This document shows, one piece after another, positions 37,750 to 48,500 of a DNA stretch of 64,000 nucleotides; the stretch's first letter is position 1; every line of letters begins with the position of its first letter. The DNA is from Candidatus Multivorans sp. GTDB taxonomy: Bacteria > Acidobacteriota > Thermoanaerobaculia > Multivoradales > Multivoraceae. The DNA lies in contig OZ245033.1 of the NCBI GenBank assembly GCA_965224025.1, forward strand, positions 4,096,001 to 4,160,000. The letters are read 5' to 3'. The notes beneath the pieces are model-generated. The model did not search any database. It was given only the letters and a program-made list of their open reading frames with translations, and was not told where the DNA came from. The position numbers were made by a program, and so were the translations under genes.

Positions 37750-37956
37750 AGCGGTCAAGACGACCTTGGACGCGCGCCAGATGCCCTGCCTCGATGTGCT
37801 CTTTCGCGAACGGTCGACCCGAACCTGAACCCATGGGAGTATCCACAGCGGTGGGCCGCTGCGCTGTCGCGCAGGGAACATGTGCGTTCGGGTGTCGGGC
37901 CGCAGCGATTTCACCCACTTGCGGCAGGACATTTCATCCCTGCTGCTCCACTCTCG

Positions 37957-38127
37957 CTGGGTGCGCGGGCCTTCTGGCCCGCTGCCGCCGCGGGCGGCCA
38001 GGAGAACGCGCCGGCCGGAGGCCGGCGCCGCTCTGGTGGGAGCGCCCGCTATCGAAGAACAGCTCGTGCGCGCCGCTTCGCGGCGGCGCGCTTGATGCGG
38101 GCCAGAAGGCCCGCGCCGCGCACCCAG
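37957..38127. repeat. REP doublet (REPIN-like inverted pair)
   Basis: CTGGGTGCGCGGGCCTTCTGGCCCGC (37957-37982) and its inverted copy with a 5-nt insertion (38097-38127). Confidence 0.65.
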
Positions 38128-38359
38128 AGATACGTCGACGATGCACCGTGTCACTCTACGCAGTTGCGGGGCAGCGGCAAGCCCAAGGTGCGGCCCTGAC
38201 CGACCCGGTGAACCTCTTGTTCCATGCAAGTATGGCCCGGACCGTGATCGGCGTTCTGACGCTGGCGGCGCGGCTCTTGCCGCGACCCCGTATGCAAGAG
38301 TAACGTTTCCGCTGCGGTCTCTGTCCAGCGCGACCGTTTGAATCGTACAGGAGTGCCTC

Positions 38360-41077
38360 ATGAAAAGACTTGAACCCGGCCTTTCCATCCTGCTGCCCCT
38401 CGTTTTCGTCCTGCTACCGCTCTGCTTGGGCGCGCCGCTTCTGGCGCAGGAAGCTGAGAGTCAGGACGAAGGCGAACAGGCTGAAGAAACGCCCGAGTTC
38501 GGCGAAACGATCGTCGTCGTCGGCACCCGCACCGAGGGCCGCACCGTTACCCAGTCACCGGTCGCGGTCGACGTGATTCCCGCGACCGAGTTGATGAGTC
38601 AGGGCGACAACGACCTGATCAACCGGCTACGGACCGTCGTCCCCTCCTACAACGTCGGGACCCAGCCCATCAGCGACGCGGCGACGCTCGTCCGGCCCGT
38701 CAATCTCCGCGGTCTGGCTCCGGACCACACCCTGATCCTCGTCAATGGCAAGCGCCGCCATCGCGCCGCGGTCATCGCCTGGCTCGGCAACGGCATCTCG
38801 GACGGCGCCCAGGGTCCCGACGTCTCCGTCATCCCATCCATCGCGCTGAGGCAAGTCGAGGTGCTGCGTGACGGCGCTTCGGCGCAGTACGGCTCCGACG
38901 CGATCGCCGGCGTGATCAACTTCCAGCTCAAGGACGCGAGTTCCGGCGGCAGCATCGAGATCCGCTCGGGTCAGTTCCAGGACAGCAACCCCGGTTCCGA
39001 CGGCGGCTTCGGCGGCCAGTACACGTTCGCCGGCGACAAGGGCATCTCGTACGCCGTCTCGGCCAACCTCGGCATGCCGATGGGCGAGAACGGCTTCTTC
39101 AACCTGAGCATGGAGTACGGCGCCGCCGATCCGACCAGCCGCAGCGTGCAGTTCACAAACGCACAGAGAGCCTTCGACGCCGGCAGCTCACGAATTCGAA
39201 CCCCCGCGCAGGTCTGGGGTTCGCCCCTGGTCGAGGACGACATCAAGCTGTTCGCCAACTTCGGCAGCCTGTTCTCGAACGGCACTCAGTTCTACGGCCA
39301 CGCCAACTACGCCACGCGCACGACGACCGGCGGCTTCTACTTCCGTAACCCGTTCGGGAGTAACGCGAGAACCGGCGTCTTCAGCCCCGGGGGGGCGGAC
39401 CAGGGCAACTTCCTCCTCGTCGGAGACCGGGAATGGGCGCGAACCGGCGTGTCGCGGGCCGGCGGCTGCCCTGCAATTCCGGTCATCGACTACGCCCCCG
39501 ACCCTGCGGCGCTGGCGGCGGTCGAAGCGGACCCGAACTGCTTTACGCTCTACAACCGCTTCCCCGGAGGCTTCACGCCCCAGTTCGGCGGCGACCTGAC
39601 GGACTCGTCGATCGTCGCCGGCCTCCGCGGCTATCTCGACAGCGGCATGACGTGGGACATCAGCGTCAACGTCGGCAACAGCGAGGTCGACCAGTTCATC
39701 TACAACACGGTGAACGCCTCGCTCGGCTACGACACGCCAACCTCGTTCAGGCCGGGCATCTACGAACAGACCGACACGAACGTCAACTTCGACATCACCT
39801 ACCCGGTGCGTGACAACGTGAGCCTCGCCGCCGGCGTGGAGTGGCGGAACGAGGAGTTCCGGATCGGCGCCGGCGACCCGGCTTCGTGGGAGATCGGTCC
39901 CTACGCCGCCCAAGGTTTCAGCTCCGGTTCCAACGGCTTCAACGGCTACCGCGCCGATGTCACGGCCGGCACATGGGACCGCGCCAACGTCGCGGTCTAC
40001 GGCGATGTCGAGTTCGAAGATCCGGACGAGATGTGGACTTTGACCACGGCGCTCCGCGTGGAGGACTTCGACGGCTTCGGGAACACGATCAACGCCAAGG
40101 TCTCCGGCCGCCGGGTCGTGTCCGATGCTGTCTCGCTGCGCGCCTCCGTCAGCACGGGTTTCCGCGCGCCGACGCCCGGCCAGCAGAACGCATTCAACGT
40201 GACCACGGCATTCGACCCCGAGACGGGCGGGCTGTCGAATAGCGGCACCGTTCCCTCGATCTCGCAGCCGGCGGCTCTGAGGGGCGGCGAGGCTCTGCAG
40301 CCCGAGGAGGCGGTGAACTTCGCCGCCGGCCTGGTGGTCGGCAAGGGCGCGTTCACGTTCACCGCCGACATCTTCCACATCGACATGGACGACCGGATCG
40401 CATTGTCCGAGACCTTCCGGCAGTGCGCCATCCTCAGGGAGCCGGAACCGGGCTGCGTGACCGACGCCGAAATTGAGACCCTGCTCGCGGGCGGCTTCGT
40501 CGAAGCGAGGAACCTGAAGAACTTCCGGTTCTTCGTCAACGACTTCGCCACCTCAACCCAGGGTCTCGACCTGGTCGGCACCTGGGCGCCGCCGGCGCTC
40601 GGCGGCGACACGGCGTTCAGCCTCGTGTTCAACTACACCGACACGGAGGTCACGGAGTTCAATCCCGCTACAGTCGGCCCCTTCCGCATCGCCACCATCG
40701 AACGCGGACTGCCGGAGACCCGCTGGAACATCGCGATGAACCACAGCGCCGATCGCTGGAGCCTGCTCACGCGCCTGAACTGGTACGACGGCTGGTGGGA
40801 CAGCGAGGATGCGCAGAACCTCCTCGGCAGAAGCAACGCAAGGATGTTCCCCGACTACAGCGGTGAGTTCCTGCTCGACGTCGAACTCGGCATCCCGCTG
40901 CCGAACGACACGGCGATCACCATCGGCGTGCAGAACCTGCTGAACACCTATCCGGACGACAATCCCGGCGCCTATTCCGGCGGTGTCGGCAACCAGTACG
41001 GGCAGTTCTCGCCGTCCGGCTTCAACGGCGCCTACTACTACGTCCGATTCAACTACGCCTGGGGTTCTAGCTTCTAG
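38360..41077 (+). CDS. TonB-dependent receptor (paralog 2)
   Basis: Signal peptide, ETIVVVGTR, the same plug motifs as paralog 1 and C-terminal F; AGGAG RBS. Confidence 0.92.
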   Translation: MKRLEPGLSILLPLVFVLLPLCLGAPLLAQEAESQDEGEQAEETPEFGETIVVVGTRTEGRTVTQSPVAVDVIPATELMSQGDNDLINRLRTVVPSYNVGTQPISDAATLVRPVNLRGLAPDHTLILVNGKRRHRAAVIAWLGNGISDGAQGPDVSVIPSIALRQVEVLRDGASAQYGSDAIAGVINFQLKDASSGGSIEIRSGQFQDSNPGSDGGFGGQYTFAGDKGISYAVSANLGMPMGENGFFNLSMEYGAADPTSRSVQFTNAQRAFDAGSSRIRTPAQVWGSPLVEDDIKLFANFGSLFSNGTQFYGHANYATRTTTGGFYFRNPFGSNARTGVFSPGGADQGNFLLVGDREWARTGVSRAGGCPAIPVIDYAPDPAALAAVEADPNCFTLYNRFPGGFTPQFGGDLTDSSIVAGLRGYLDSGMTWDISVNVGNSEVDQFIYNTVNASLGYDTPTSFRPGIYEQTDTNVNFDITYPVRDNVSLAAGVEWRNEEFRIGAGDPASWEIGPYAAQGFSSGSNGFNGYRADVTAGTWDRANVAVYGDVEFEDPDEMWTLTTALRVEDFDGFGNTINAKVSGRRVVSDAVSLRASVSTGFRAPTPGQQNAFNVTTAFDPETGGLSNSGTVPSISQPAALRGGEALQPEEAVNFAAGLVVGKGAFTFTADIFHIDMDDRIALSETFRQCAILREPEPGCVTDAEIETLLAGGFVEARNLKNFRFFVNDFATSTQGLDLVGTWAPPALGGDTAFSLVFNYTDTEVTEFNPATVGPFRIATIERGLPETRWNIAMNHSADRWSLLTRLNWYDGWWDSEDAQNLLGRSNARMFPDYSGEFLLDVELGIPLPNDTAITIGVQNLLNTYPDDNPGAYSGGVGNQYGQFSPSGFNGAYYYVRFNYAWGSSF

Positions 41078-41192
41078 CGAGCAGCAGGCTTCACGTCCGA
41101 CCCGGTTCACCCGGCGGCGGCGCACCTGCCCCGCCGGGTGAACTGTTTCTGGACCACCGGCAGCGGCGCCGAAGTGCTCCGCGGAGGGCGGT

Positions 41193-42998
41193 TCAGCCCG
41201 CCGCCGGCTGGAACGCATCCACCGGCCGCTCCCGCTCGAGACTCTGGAGCAACCAGTAGCGGCGGTACAGCTCGTTGCTCTCGTACAGTTCCTCGTGGCT
41301 GCCCGCGGCGACGAGCCGGCCTTGATCGAGCACGTGAATCCGCCGGGCGCGGCGCGCGGTGGCGAGGCGATGCGCGATGACGATCGTCGTCCTGCCCTCC
41401 AGCAGGTGCTGGATCGCGCGCTGGACGGTCGCCTCGGAATCGGGATCGAGGGCGCTGGTCGCCTCGTCCAGCAACAGGATCCGAGGGTCGCGCAGGAACG
41501 CGCGGGCGATCGCGATCCGCTGACGCTGCCCCGCCGACAACCGCACGCCGCGCTCGCCGACCTCGGTGGCGAAGCCGTCGTCGAGGCGTTCGATGAACGA
41601 GGCGGCGCCGGCCGCCTCGGCGGCGGTTTGCACCTCGGCATCGCCGGCGTCCGGACGCGCCAGGCGGATGTTGTCGGCCACGGAACCCGAGAACAGGAAG
41701 ATCTCCTGTGGCACCAGCGCGATCCGGCGCCGCAGATCGCCCAGCGCGACATCAGCGAGCGGCCGGCCGTCGATCAACAGTTCGCCCGACTGGGCCTCGT
41801 AGAACCGGAGCAACAGCGCGAACAGCGTGCTCTTGCCGGATCCGCTCGGGCCGACCAGAGCCGCCAGCTCCCCCGGCTCGACCTCCAGCGACACGTCCGT
41901 CAGCGCGGGCTGTTCCGCTCCCTGGTAGCGGAAGCCGACCGAACGGATACTCAACGCGGCGGCGTCCTCGGCCAGCCGGACGGGAGAGGGCGAATCGACG
42001 ATCGCCGAACCCTCGTCGAGCAGTTGGAAGACACGCTCACTCGATCCCCGCAGTCGCCGGTAGCCGGCATAGAGCGATCCCAACTGGCCCACCGACGTCG
42101 CGATGGCGAACGTGTAGAGCAGGAACGAAGTCAACTCGCCTGCCGACAGCGCCCCGTCGAGCATGAGGCTTCCGCCATATCCGAGCACCAGGGCGAAGGC
42201 GGCGAAACCGAAGAAGGTCATCAGACCGCCGAAGGCCCCGTAGAGGCGGACGTTGCGGAGCTGGACACCGAGCAGATCGACCAACCGTTCCCGGTAGCGG
42301 CGCCGCGCCTGTTTCTCCGCGGAGAACGCCTGCAGGGTGCGAACGCCGGCCAGAGCTTCCTCGGCCCAGGCAGAGGTCTCGGCGACTGCGTCACGCTCTT
42401 CAACCGCCACCCTCTCCAGCCGCCGGCCGAAAATCATCGCGAGCACCACGACCGGCGGCACGATCAGCAAAGCCACCACGGTCAAACGGGTCTGGAGCAC
42501 CAGGAGGATGGCCAGCACGCCGACGAACCGCGCGGCTGCCTGGAGCCCGGACGGAATCTGTTCGGTCAGGGCGGTCTGCACCACCGTCAGGTCCGAACTC
42601 ATGCGCGACAGGAGCTCGCCAACGCGACGCCGATCGAAGAAGTCGATTGACAGGCCGACCAGGTGCCCGAACAAGCGCCGCCGCAGATCGCGCAGCAGCC
42701 GCGCGCCAGCGGCGCCGAGAAGCCAGGTCTGGAAGTAGCCGAGCACGCCGAGGACCGCGAACAGGCCCATCAGCCACACGACGAGCTCACGAAGCTCCAG
42801 TTCGGACCCGGACTCGAGCGCGGTGTCGACGAACTCACCGACCCGCATCGGCACCAGCAGAAAGACGCCGCTGCCCGCGAGAAGCAGAACGGTCCCGACG
42901 ACCAGGGGCAGCAGGTACGGCCGAGCCAGACCGAAGAGCCGACTGAACGGAACCGGCGCGGAGGAGTGCTCTCCCTCCGCGCTCCTCTCTCTTCTCAC
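41193..42998 (-). CDS. ABC exporter, fused permease/ATPase (MsbA-like)
   Basis: 6 TMs, GPSGSGKST, LSAGQRQR, LLDEATSALD and IAHRL. Confidence 0.9.
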   Translation of the reverse strand: MRRERSAEGEHSSAPVPFSRLFGLARPYLLPLVVGTVLLLAGSGVFLLVPMRVGEFVDTALESGSELELRELVVWLMGLFAVLGVLGYFQTWLLGAAGARLLRDLRRRLFGHLVGLSIDFFDRRRVGELLSRMSSDLTVVQTALTEQIPSGLQAAARFVGVLAILLVLQTRLTVVALLIVPPVVVLAMIFGRRLERVAVEERDAVAETSAWAEEALAGVRTLQAFSAEKQARRRYRERLVDLLGVQLRNVRLYGAFGGLMTFFGFAAFALVLGYGGSLMLDGALSAGELTSFLLYTFAIATSVGQLGSLYAGYRRLRGSSERVFQLLDEGSAIVDSPSPVRLAEDAAALSIRSVGFRYQGAEQPALTDVSLEVEPGELAALVGPSGSGKSTLFALLLRFYEAQSGELLIDGRPLADVALGDLRRRIALVPQEIFLFSGSVADNIRLARPDAGDAEVQTAAEAAGAASFIERLDDGFATEVGERGVRLSAGQRQRIAIARAFLRDPRILLLDEATSALDPDSEATVQRAIQHLLEGRTTIVIAHRLATARRARRIHVLDQGRLVAAGSHEELYESNELYRRYWLLQSLERERPVDAFQPAAG

Positions 42999-44212
42999 TT
43001 CGCTACGGCGAGGGTGATCAGGAGTTCAGGCCGCTCAGCATCCGCCACGGCTGCATCGAAGGCCTCGACCGTCATCGGCAGGCTGACCGTCAATGCCACC
43101 GCACCGTACTGTATCTGTGCGGGGATGCCGCGTCCGACACGACCCGAGGCGCTGCCGGACGCCACGGCGGCGTCCTGATCGCCCTGCCCCGCGCGAAGGA
43201 GATCGATCTCGACATCGACCCGCTTGCTGATCTGCGCGGAATGGAGCGCCAACTCCACCTGGAGTTCCACCCGGCCGCGCCGCTGTCGCCGCGCAACCTC
43301 GAGACGCTCGATCGTCACGCCCTCGCAGAGATAGGGCTCGGTGTCTCGGGTAGTCCAGGCATACCCCGTGGGAAGCGCCTCGACCGTCCCCAGCGGCAAC
43401 CGCAGCACCATCGGCGACGCCATGGCGATGCGCTCGATGTTGGCGGCATCGGCGGCCCGCGCGGAGTCGGGCGTCACCTCGCCTGTGACCGGCGCCGCCC
43501 CCGGCTCGGACGGCGTCGGAGAGGCCGGCTGCTCGCGCTCAACGGGCGCTGGCTGGGGTTCAACCGGTGCGGGCGCCGGCTCGGCTTCAACCGTCGTGGG
43601 CCGGGGCGCCGTGTCGGCGGGAGCGGTCGGCGGCGAGGACGGCTCGGCCGGGCTGGAGGGCTGCTCCACAGGCTCACCGACAGGAAGGTAGTAGCCCTCG
43701 AACGCGGCGCTCCCGGCACGATCGCTCCGACCGCCCGCCGTCGAGTGACCCGCCACTCGACTGATCCGGCCGCCCGCTTCCGGCGCCAACCGCTCACGCC
43801 AGTTCGACGTCTCTCCATCGGCCGTGGTGCGCTCGCCGCGGACCAGCAGAGCGCTCCCCTCCACCGCGCCGGACGACCGGATCACGACGCCGCGGTTCGA
43901 GACGCTGAACCGCCGCCACACGTTGGCAGCCCGGTCGAGGAAACTGTAGGTCCGCCCCGATCGACCGTCGGCGAACGACCATGTCTCAGCGATCAGGCAA
44001 CCGTCTTCGAGCTTCTCGATCAGGCTCCGGCCAACCGCCTCGCCGTCCGAAACAAGCTGCCATTCGCCGAGTAGAAAATCGAGGGCGCGGTGGCTATCGT
44101 CCTCCTCGCACGCACCGTCGCTTTGCGCCGCCGACGGCAACGCGGCCAGGAATCCGAGAGCGCCCATCAGCAGAATGAACCAAGCGCAGCTTCGGTTTGT
44201 CAACTGTCCCAT
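42995..44212 (-). CDS. Secreted hypothetical protein (DUF1579-like N-domain, Pro-rich linker)
   Basis: Signal peptide, C..HRALDFLLGEW motif, P/A/E-rich linker and second globular domain; stop overlaps the next start. Confidence 0.6.
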   Translation of the reverse strand: MGQLTNRSCAWFILLMGALGFLAALPSAAQSDGACEEDDSHRALDFLLGEWQLVSDGEAVGRSLIEKLEDGCLIAETWSFADGRSGRTYSFLDRAANVWRRFSVSNRGVVIRSSGAVEGSALLVRGERTTADGETSNWRERLAPEAGGRISRVAGHSTAGGRSDRAGSAAFEGYYLPVGEPVEQPSSPAEPSSPPTAPADTAPRPTTVEAEPAPAPVEPQPAPVEREQPASPTPSEPGAAPVTGEVTPDSARAADAANIERIAMASPMVLRLPLGTVEALPTGYAWTTRDTEPYLCEGVTIERLEVARRQRRGRVELQVELALHSAQISKRVDVEIDLLRAGQGDQDAAVASGSASGRVGRGIPAQIQYGAVALTVSLPMTVEAFDAAVADAERPELLITLAVAK

Positions 44213-44224
44213 CGATTCGCTCCC

Positions 44225-45522
44225 TCAGGTGCCCAGAAAGACGATCTTGACCACGAACAACACGGCCAGAACCGCAGCGGCTGGGCGAAGCTGGCTGAAC
44301 CGGCCGGAGAGCAGCTTGATCGCAGTGTAGGTGATGAAGCCGGCCGCGATCCCGTGGGCGATCGAGAAGCTGAACGGAATCGTGATCGCCAGCACGACGG
44401 CCGGCACATACTCCGTCGCGTCGGTCCAGTCGATCTCCGTCATGTTCCGGATCATGACGCACGCTACGAAGAGCAACGCTGCCGCGGTCGCGAACGGCGG
44501 AATCGTCGCCGCCAGGGGCGACAGGAAGAGCGTTAGCAGGAACAACACCGAGACGGTGACCGCGGTCAGACCGGTGCGGCCGCCGACCTTCACTCCCGCG
44601 GCGCTCTCGATGTAGCTCGTGACCGACGACGTGCCCAGGACCGCACCGAGCACCGAAGCGCCGGAATCGACGATGACCGCCTGCTTGAGGCGTGGCAGAT
44701 CGCCGTCCCGATCGAGCAGGTTCCCCTGCTTCGCCACCGCGATCAGGGTGCCCGAGGTATCGAAGAGGTCGGTGAACAGGAAGGCGAAGATGATCCCGAA
44801 GAAGGCGGCGTCGAAGGCCGCTCCGATGTCCAGTTGTCCAAACGTCGGCGCCAGCGAGGGAACCGCGGAGACCGCGCCCTGCCAACTCGCTTCGCCGACC
44901 AGCAGACCGATCGCGGTGACCGCGAGGATGCCGATCAGCACCGCGCCGGCCTTCCTCAGCGCATCGAGGGCCGCGATCAGCACCAAGCCGACGAGCGCGA
45001 GCACGACGCTCCAGGACGTCACGTCGCCGAGCCCGACGAGGGTGGCGTCGTTGGTGACGACGAGTCCGGCGTTCCTCATCGCGATGAGGGCCAGAAAGAA
45101 GCCGATGCCGGCCGCCGTTGCCATCTTGAGCGAGCGGGGAAAAGCGCCCATGATCCAGGTCCGGATCGGCAGCACCGAGATGAGCACGAAGCAGACGCCG
45201 GAGATGAACAGCGCGCCCAGCGCCACTTGCCAGGGATGCCCCATTCCCAGCACGACACCGTAGGTGAAGAAAAGGCGTTGATCCCCATCCCCGGCGCCAG
45301 AGCGATCGGGTAGTTCGCGTACAGGCCCATCGCGGCACAGGCGATCGCCGCCGCCAGACAGGTGGCCACGAACACCGCCCCCCGATCCATCCCGGCCTCG
45401 CCCAGGATCTGCGGGTTGACGACAGCCACATAGGCCATCGTCATGTAGGTCGTGACGCCGGCCGCGATCTCTCTTCTGGCGGTTGTCCGGTACTGGTCCA
45501 GGCGAAACGGGCGGTTCAGCAT
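44225..45522 (-). pseudogene. NCS2/AzgA-type purine permease, frameshifted near 45270
   Basis: N-part (EIAAGVTTYMTMAYV..PGMGINA) and C-part (FFTYGVV..FDTSGTL..YIESAAGV) lie in different frames across a T4 run. Could be a sequencing error. Confidence 0.8.
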
Positions 45523-45552
45523 GTCCCCACCCCTGCGCCGCTCCCGCCGCGC

Positions 45553-48500
45553 CTACCCGACGTCGACCGGCCTGACCACGAACAGCAGATCGCCCTGGTT
45601 CACGACCTGGCCGTTCGCCGCGTTGACCCGCATCACTTCGAACCGGCTGTCCCGAGCGAACAAGTCGCCGCCAGCGTCGATCGACGACAGGGACACCGGG
45701 CGGAACAACTTCATCGCCTCGATCAGGCACAGGGTCTTTCCCGTGTCCAGAAGGTCCCCGACTCGCACGAAAGGCGGATCGCTGGGCGAGGCGGAGGCAT
45801 AGAACAGGCCGCCGGAGGGCGCCCCGACCCTTAGTTCGTCACTGCCCTCGATCTCGATCTCGGCGCGATCCATCGTCGCGGAGACGCCGGCGGAACGCTC
45901 GACTTCGCGAACCAGCTCGTCGGCGGAGGTACGGGCCAGGAAGCCCGGTAAGTACCGCGTGTCGTAGTCGCCGGTACGGAACTGCTCGTCGTCCAGCACG
46001 CGGCGAAGGAGGGGGAGATTGGTGCAAACGCCATCGATCGTGACCTGGTCGAGGTAGGAGCGCATGCGGGCGATGGTGTCGACGCGATCCTTGCCGTGGC
46101 AGACGATCTGCGCCACCAGACTGTCGTAGTACGGCGAAACCACCGTTCCCGTATCGATCGCCGCCAACACGTCGATGTCCGGCCGCTGCGGGAACTCGCA
46201 GCGGTTCACCGTCCCCGGCGACGGCAGCAGGTCGATCCCGTCCTCGGTTGCGACCACCCGTTCGGCGTTGATCCGGACCTCCATCGCGTAGCCGTCTTCG
46301 GCAACCGGCGGGCCTTTGATTCGCGACCCTCCGGCGATCTCGAACTGGGCCTTGACGATGTCCGTGCCGCTCGTGGCCTCGGTTACCGGGTGCTCCACCT
46401 GGAGACGGGTGTTCATCTCCATGAAGTAGAGCTTCTGCGCCTCCAAGTCGAAGATGAACTCAACCGTGCCCGCGCCCACGTAGCCGATCTTCCGCGCAAT
46501 CTCCCTTGCGGAGCGGAAGCTCTCCTCGCGCAGAGCCTCCGGCAGCGCGGTCGATCCCGATTCCTCGATCAGCTTCTGGTTGTTGCGCTGGACGCTGCAG
46601 TCGCGCAGGCCCAGAATGCTCACGGTCCCGTGCTGGTCGCACAGCACCTGCACCTCGACGTGGCGGAGCGAGACGACGCATTTCTCCAGGTAGCAGTCCG
46701 CGTTGCCGAAGCTGCTCTCGGCCTCGATCCGGATCTGGGCAAACGCCTCCCGGAAGTCCTCCGCCCGGTCGACCCGGCGAATGCCCTTGCCGCCGCCCCC
46801 GTGGACGGCCTTGAGCATGACCGGGAAACCGATCGATTCCGCCACCTCGAGCGCCGTGTCGGCATCGGTGAGGATGCCCTCGCTGCCTGGCACGACCGGC
46901 ACGCCGACCTGCACCGCCGTCTGGATCGCGTTCGACTTGTTGCCCATGCGCCGCATCGCTTCGCCGGTCGGTCCGACGAAGTTCAGGCCGTGGCCCCGGC
47001 ACAGGTCCGCGAACGAAGCGCTCTCGGACAGGAAACCGATTCCCGGATGGAGCGCGTCGACCTCTTCCCGCTCGGCGACACGGATCACCGAGTGGGCGTT
47101 CAGATAGCTCTCGTCGGGTGTGCTGCCGCCGATGCAGACCAGGGTGTCGCGCTCACGGAGCATCGCCGCCGCCGGCGACTCGACGTCTGGATCCGACTGC
47201 ACCAGGACCACCTCGATACCGGCGCGCTGGGCCACCCGCACCAGCTTGACCGCCGTGCAGCCCCGGGCATGGATGAGAGCCCGCCGCACCGGCCGCGGAG
47301 CGACCGCCGGCGCCGGCTCGACGGTTTCGGGCGCCCGCCGGCGCCGCCGTGCCGACAGGAACTCGACCCGCCGCTCCTCCTGCTGGAGCCGCAGGAGAAC
47401 ACCCTCGACCGTCTCCTCCGGTACCGGGATCTGCGAATCGACCTGGCGTAGCTGGTCGTCGAGGTCCTCGCCGAAGGGATGCTGCACGAGACCCTGCATC
47501 GCCCCTTCGACCTCGAACAGATAGTTCGACAGCGTCGAGGCCATGGGGAGGTGGGAAGGAACGACGATCTGCCCGGCGAACGGCATGTTCGTACCCGAGA
47601 AGTAGTAGGTCTGGACCAGCGGGTGGGTGACCAGGCTCGCCTGGGCGCCGCCCGTGCAGTCGCCGTAGCCGAAACAGATCACGGGCAGGTCGTTGTCGCG
47701 CACGAACCGGGTCAGCCGGTCGTTCACGATCGACATCGAAAACAGTGCGCCGGCGCCCTCCTTCGTCAGCATGCCGCCCGACGAGATGAAGCACACCACC
47801 GGCAGCCGTTCCTCGGCGCAGCGCAGCAGAAGTTTGCAGAACTTCTCGGCACTCGCCATGTCGAACGAGCCGGCCTGGAATGCCAGGTTGGAGACCATAA
47901 CGCCGACCCTGCTGCCGCCCGAACCGCCTTCGGCGTCACCCGCTCCGCCGGCCCTGATCCGGGCGAGGGCCGCCACCGTCCCGCACGGCGTCACTCCCTG
48001 TTCCAGCGCACGCTCGATCGACACGCGAAGCCCCGGGAAGCCCACCGGATCGGCGGTCATCCGGTCCGGTTCGATCTCCTGTACGTCGACGAAGAACCGG
48101 TCCAGGATGGCCCGTGGACGCCGCGGCGTCCTCCGCTTCTGTTCGGCGAGCACGTCCTCGAGCAGCATGTCGCGATAGGCTGCGTCAAGGCGGTTCCAAA
48201 AATCCTTGATGCCGATGTTGCGTGGGGAGATGCGGCCGTCGTAGGTGCGAATGCCCTGCTCGTCCTCGTAGAAGTTCGGCAGCAGACGCTCGAAGAGGAA
48301 CGTGACCAACCCGAACAGCGGCTCGGAGATGCGGGGCATCTGAAGCCGCTTCCACTCCGCCACGGACTTGAGCAGCCGGCCGCGGCGGGGGTGCCGCGAG
48401 AAGTGCCGCAGCCAGGAGCGGAACTGCCGCCGCAGCCTCGCCTCCGCCTCGTCGGCCGCCTCCGCCTCGAGTCCAGCCGTCAACTCGCGCAGCGCCGCGT

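Noticed and set aside
34747-38199. 1150-aa plus-strand ORF (similarly 16270..18960, 47479..50118, 21905..24274, 51297..53429, 32513..34780)
   Set aside because: Antisense shadows of motif-bearing genes. Stop-poor reverse frames are expected at ~70% GC and show no family motifs.
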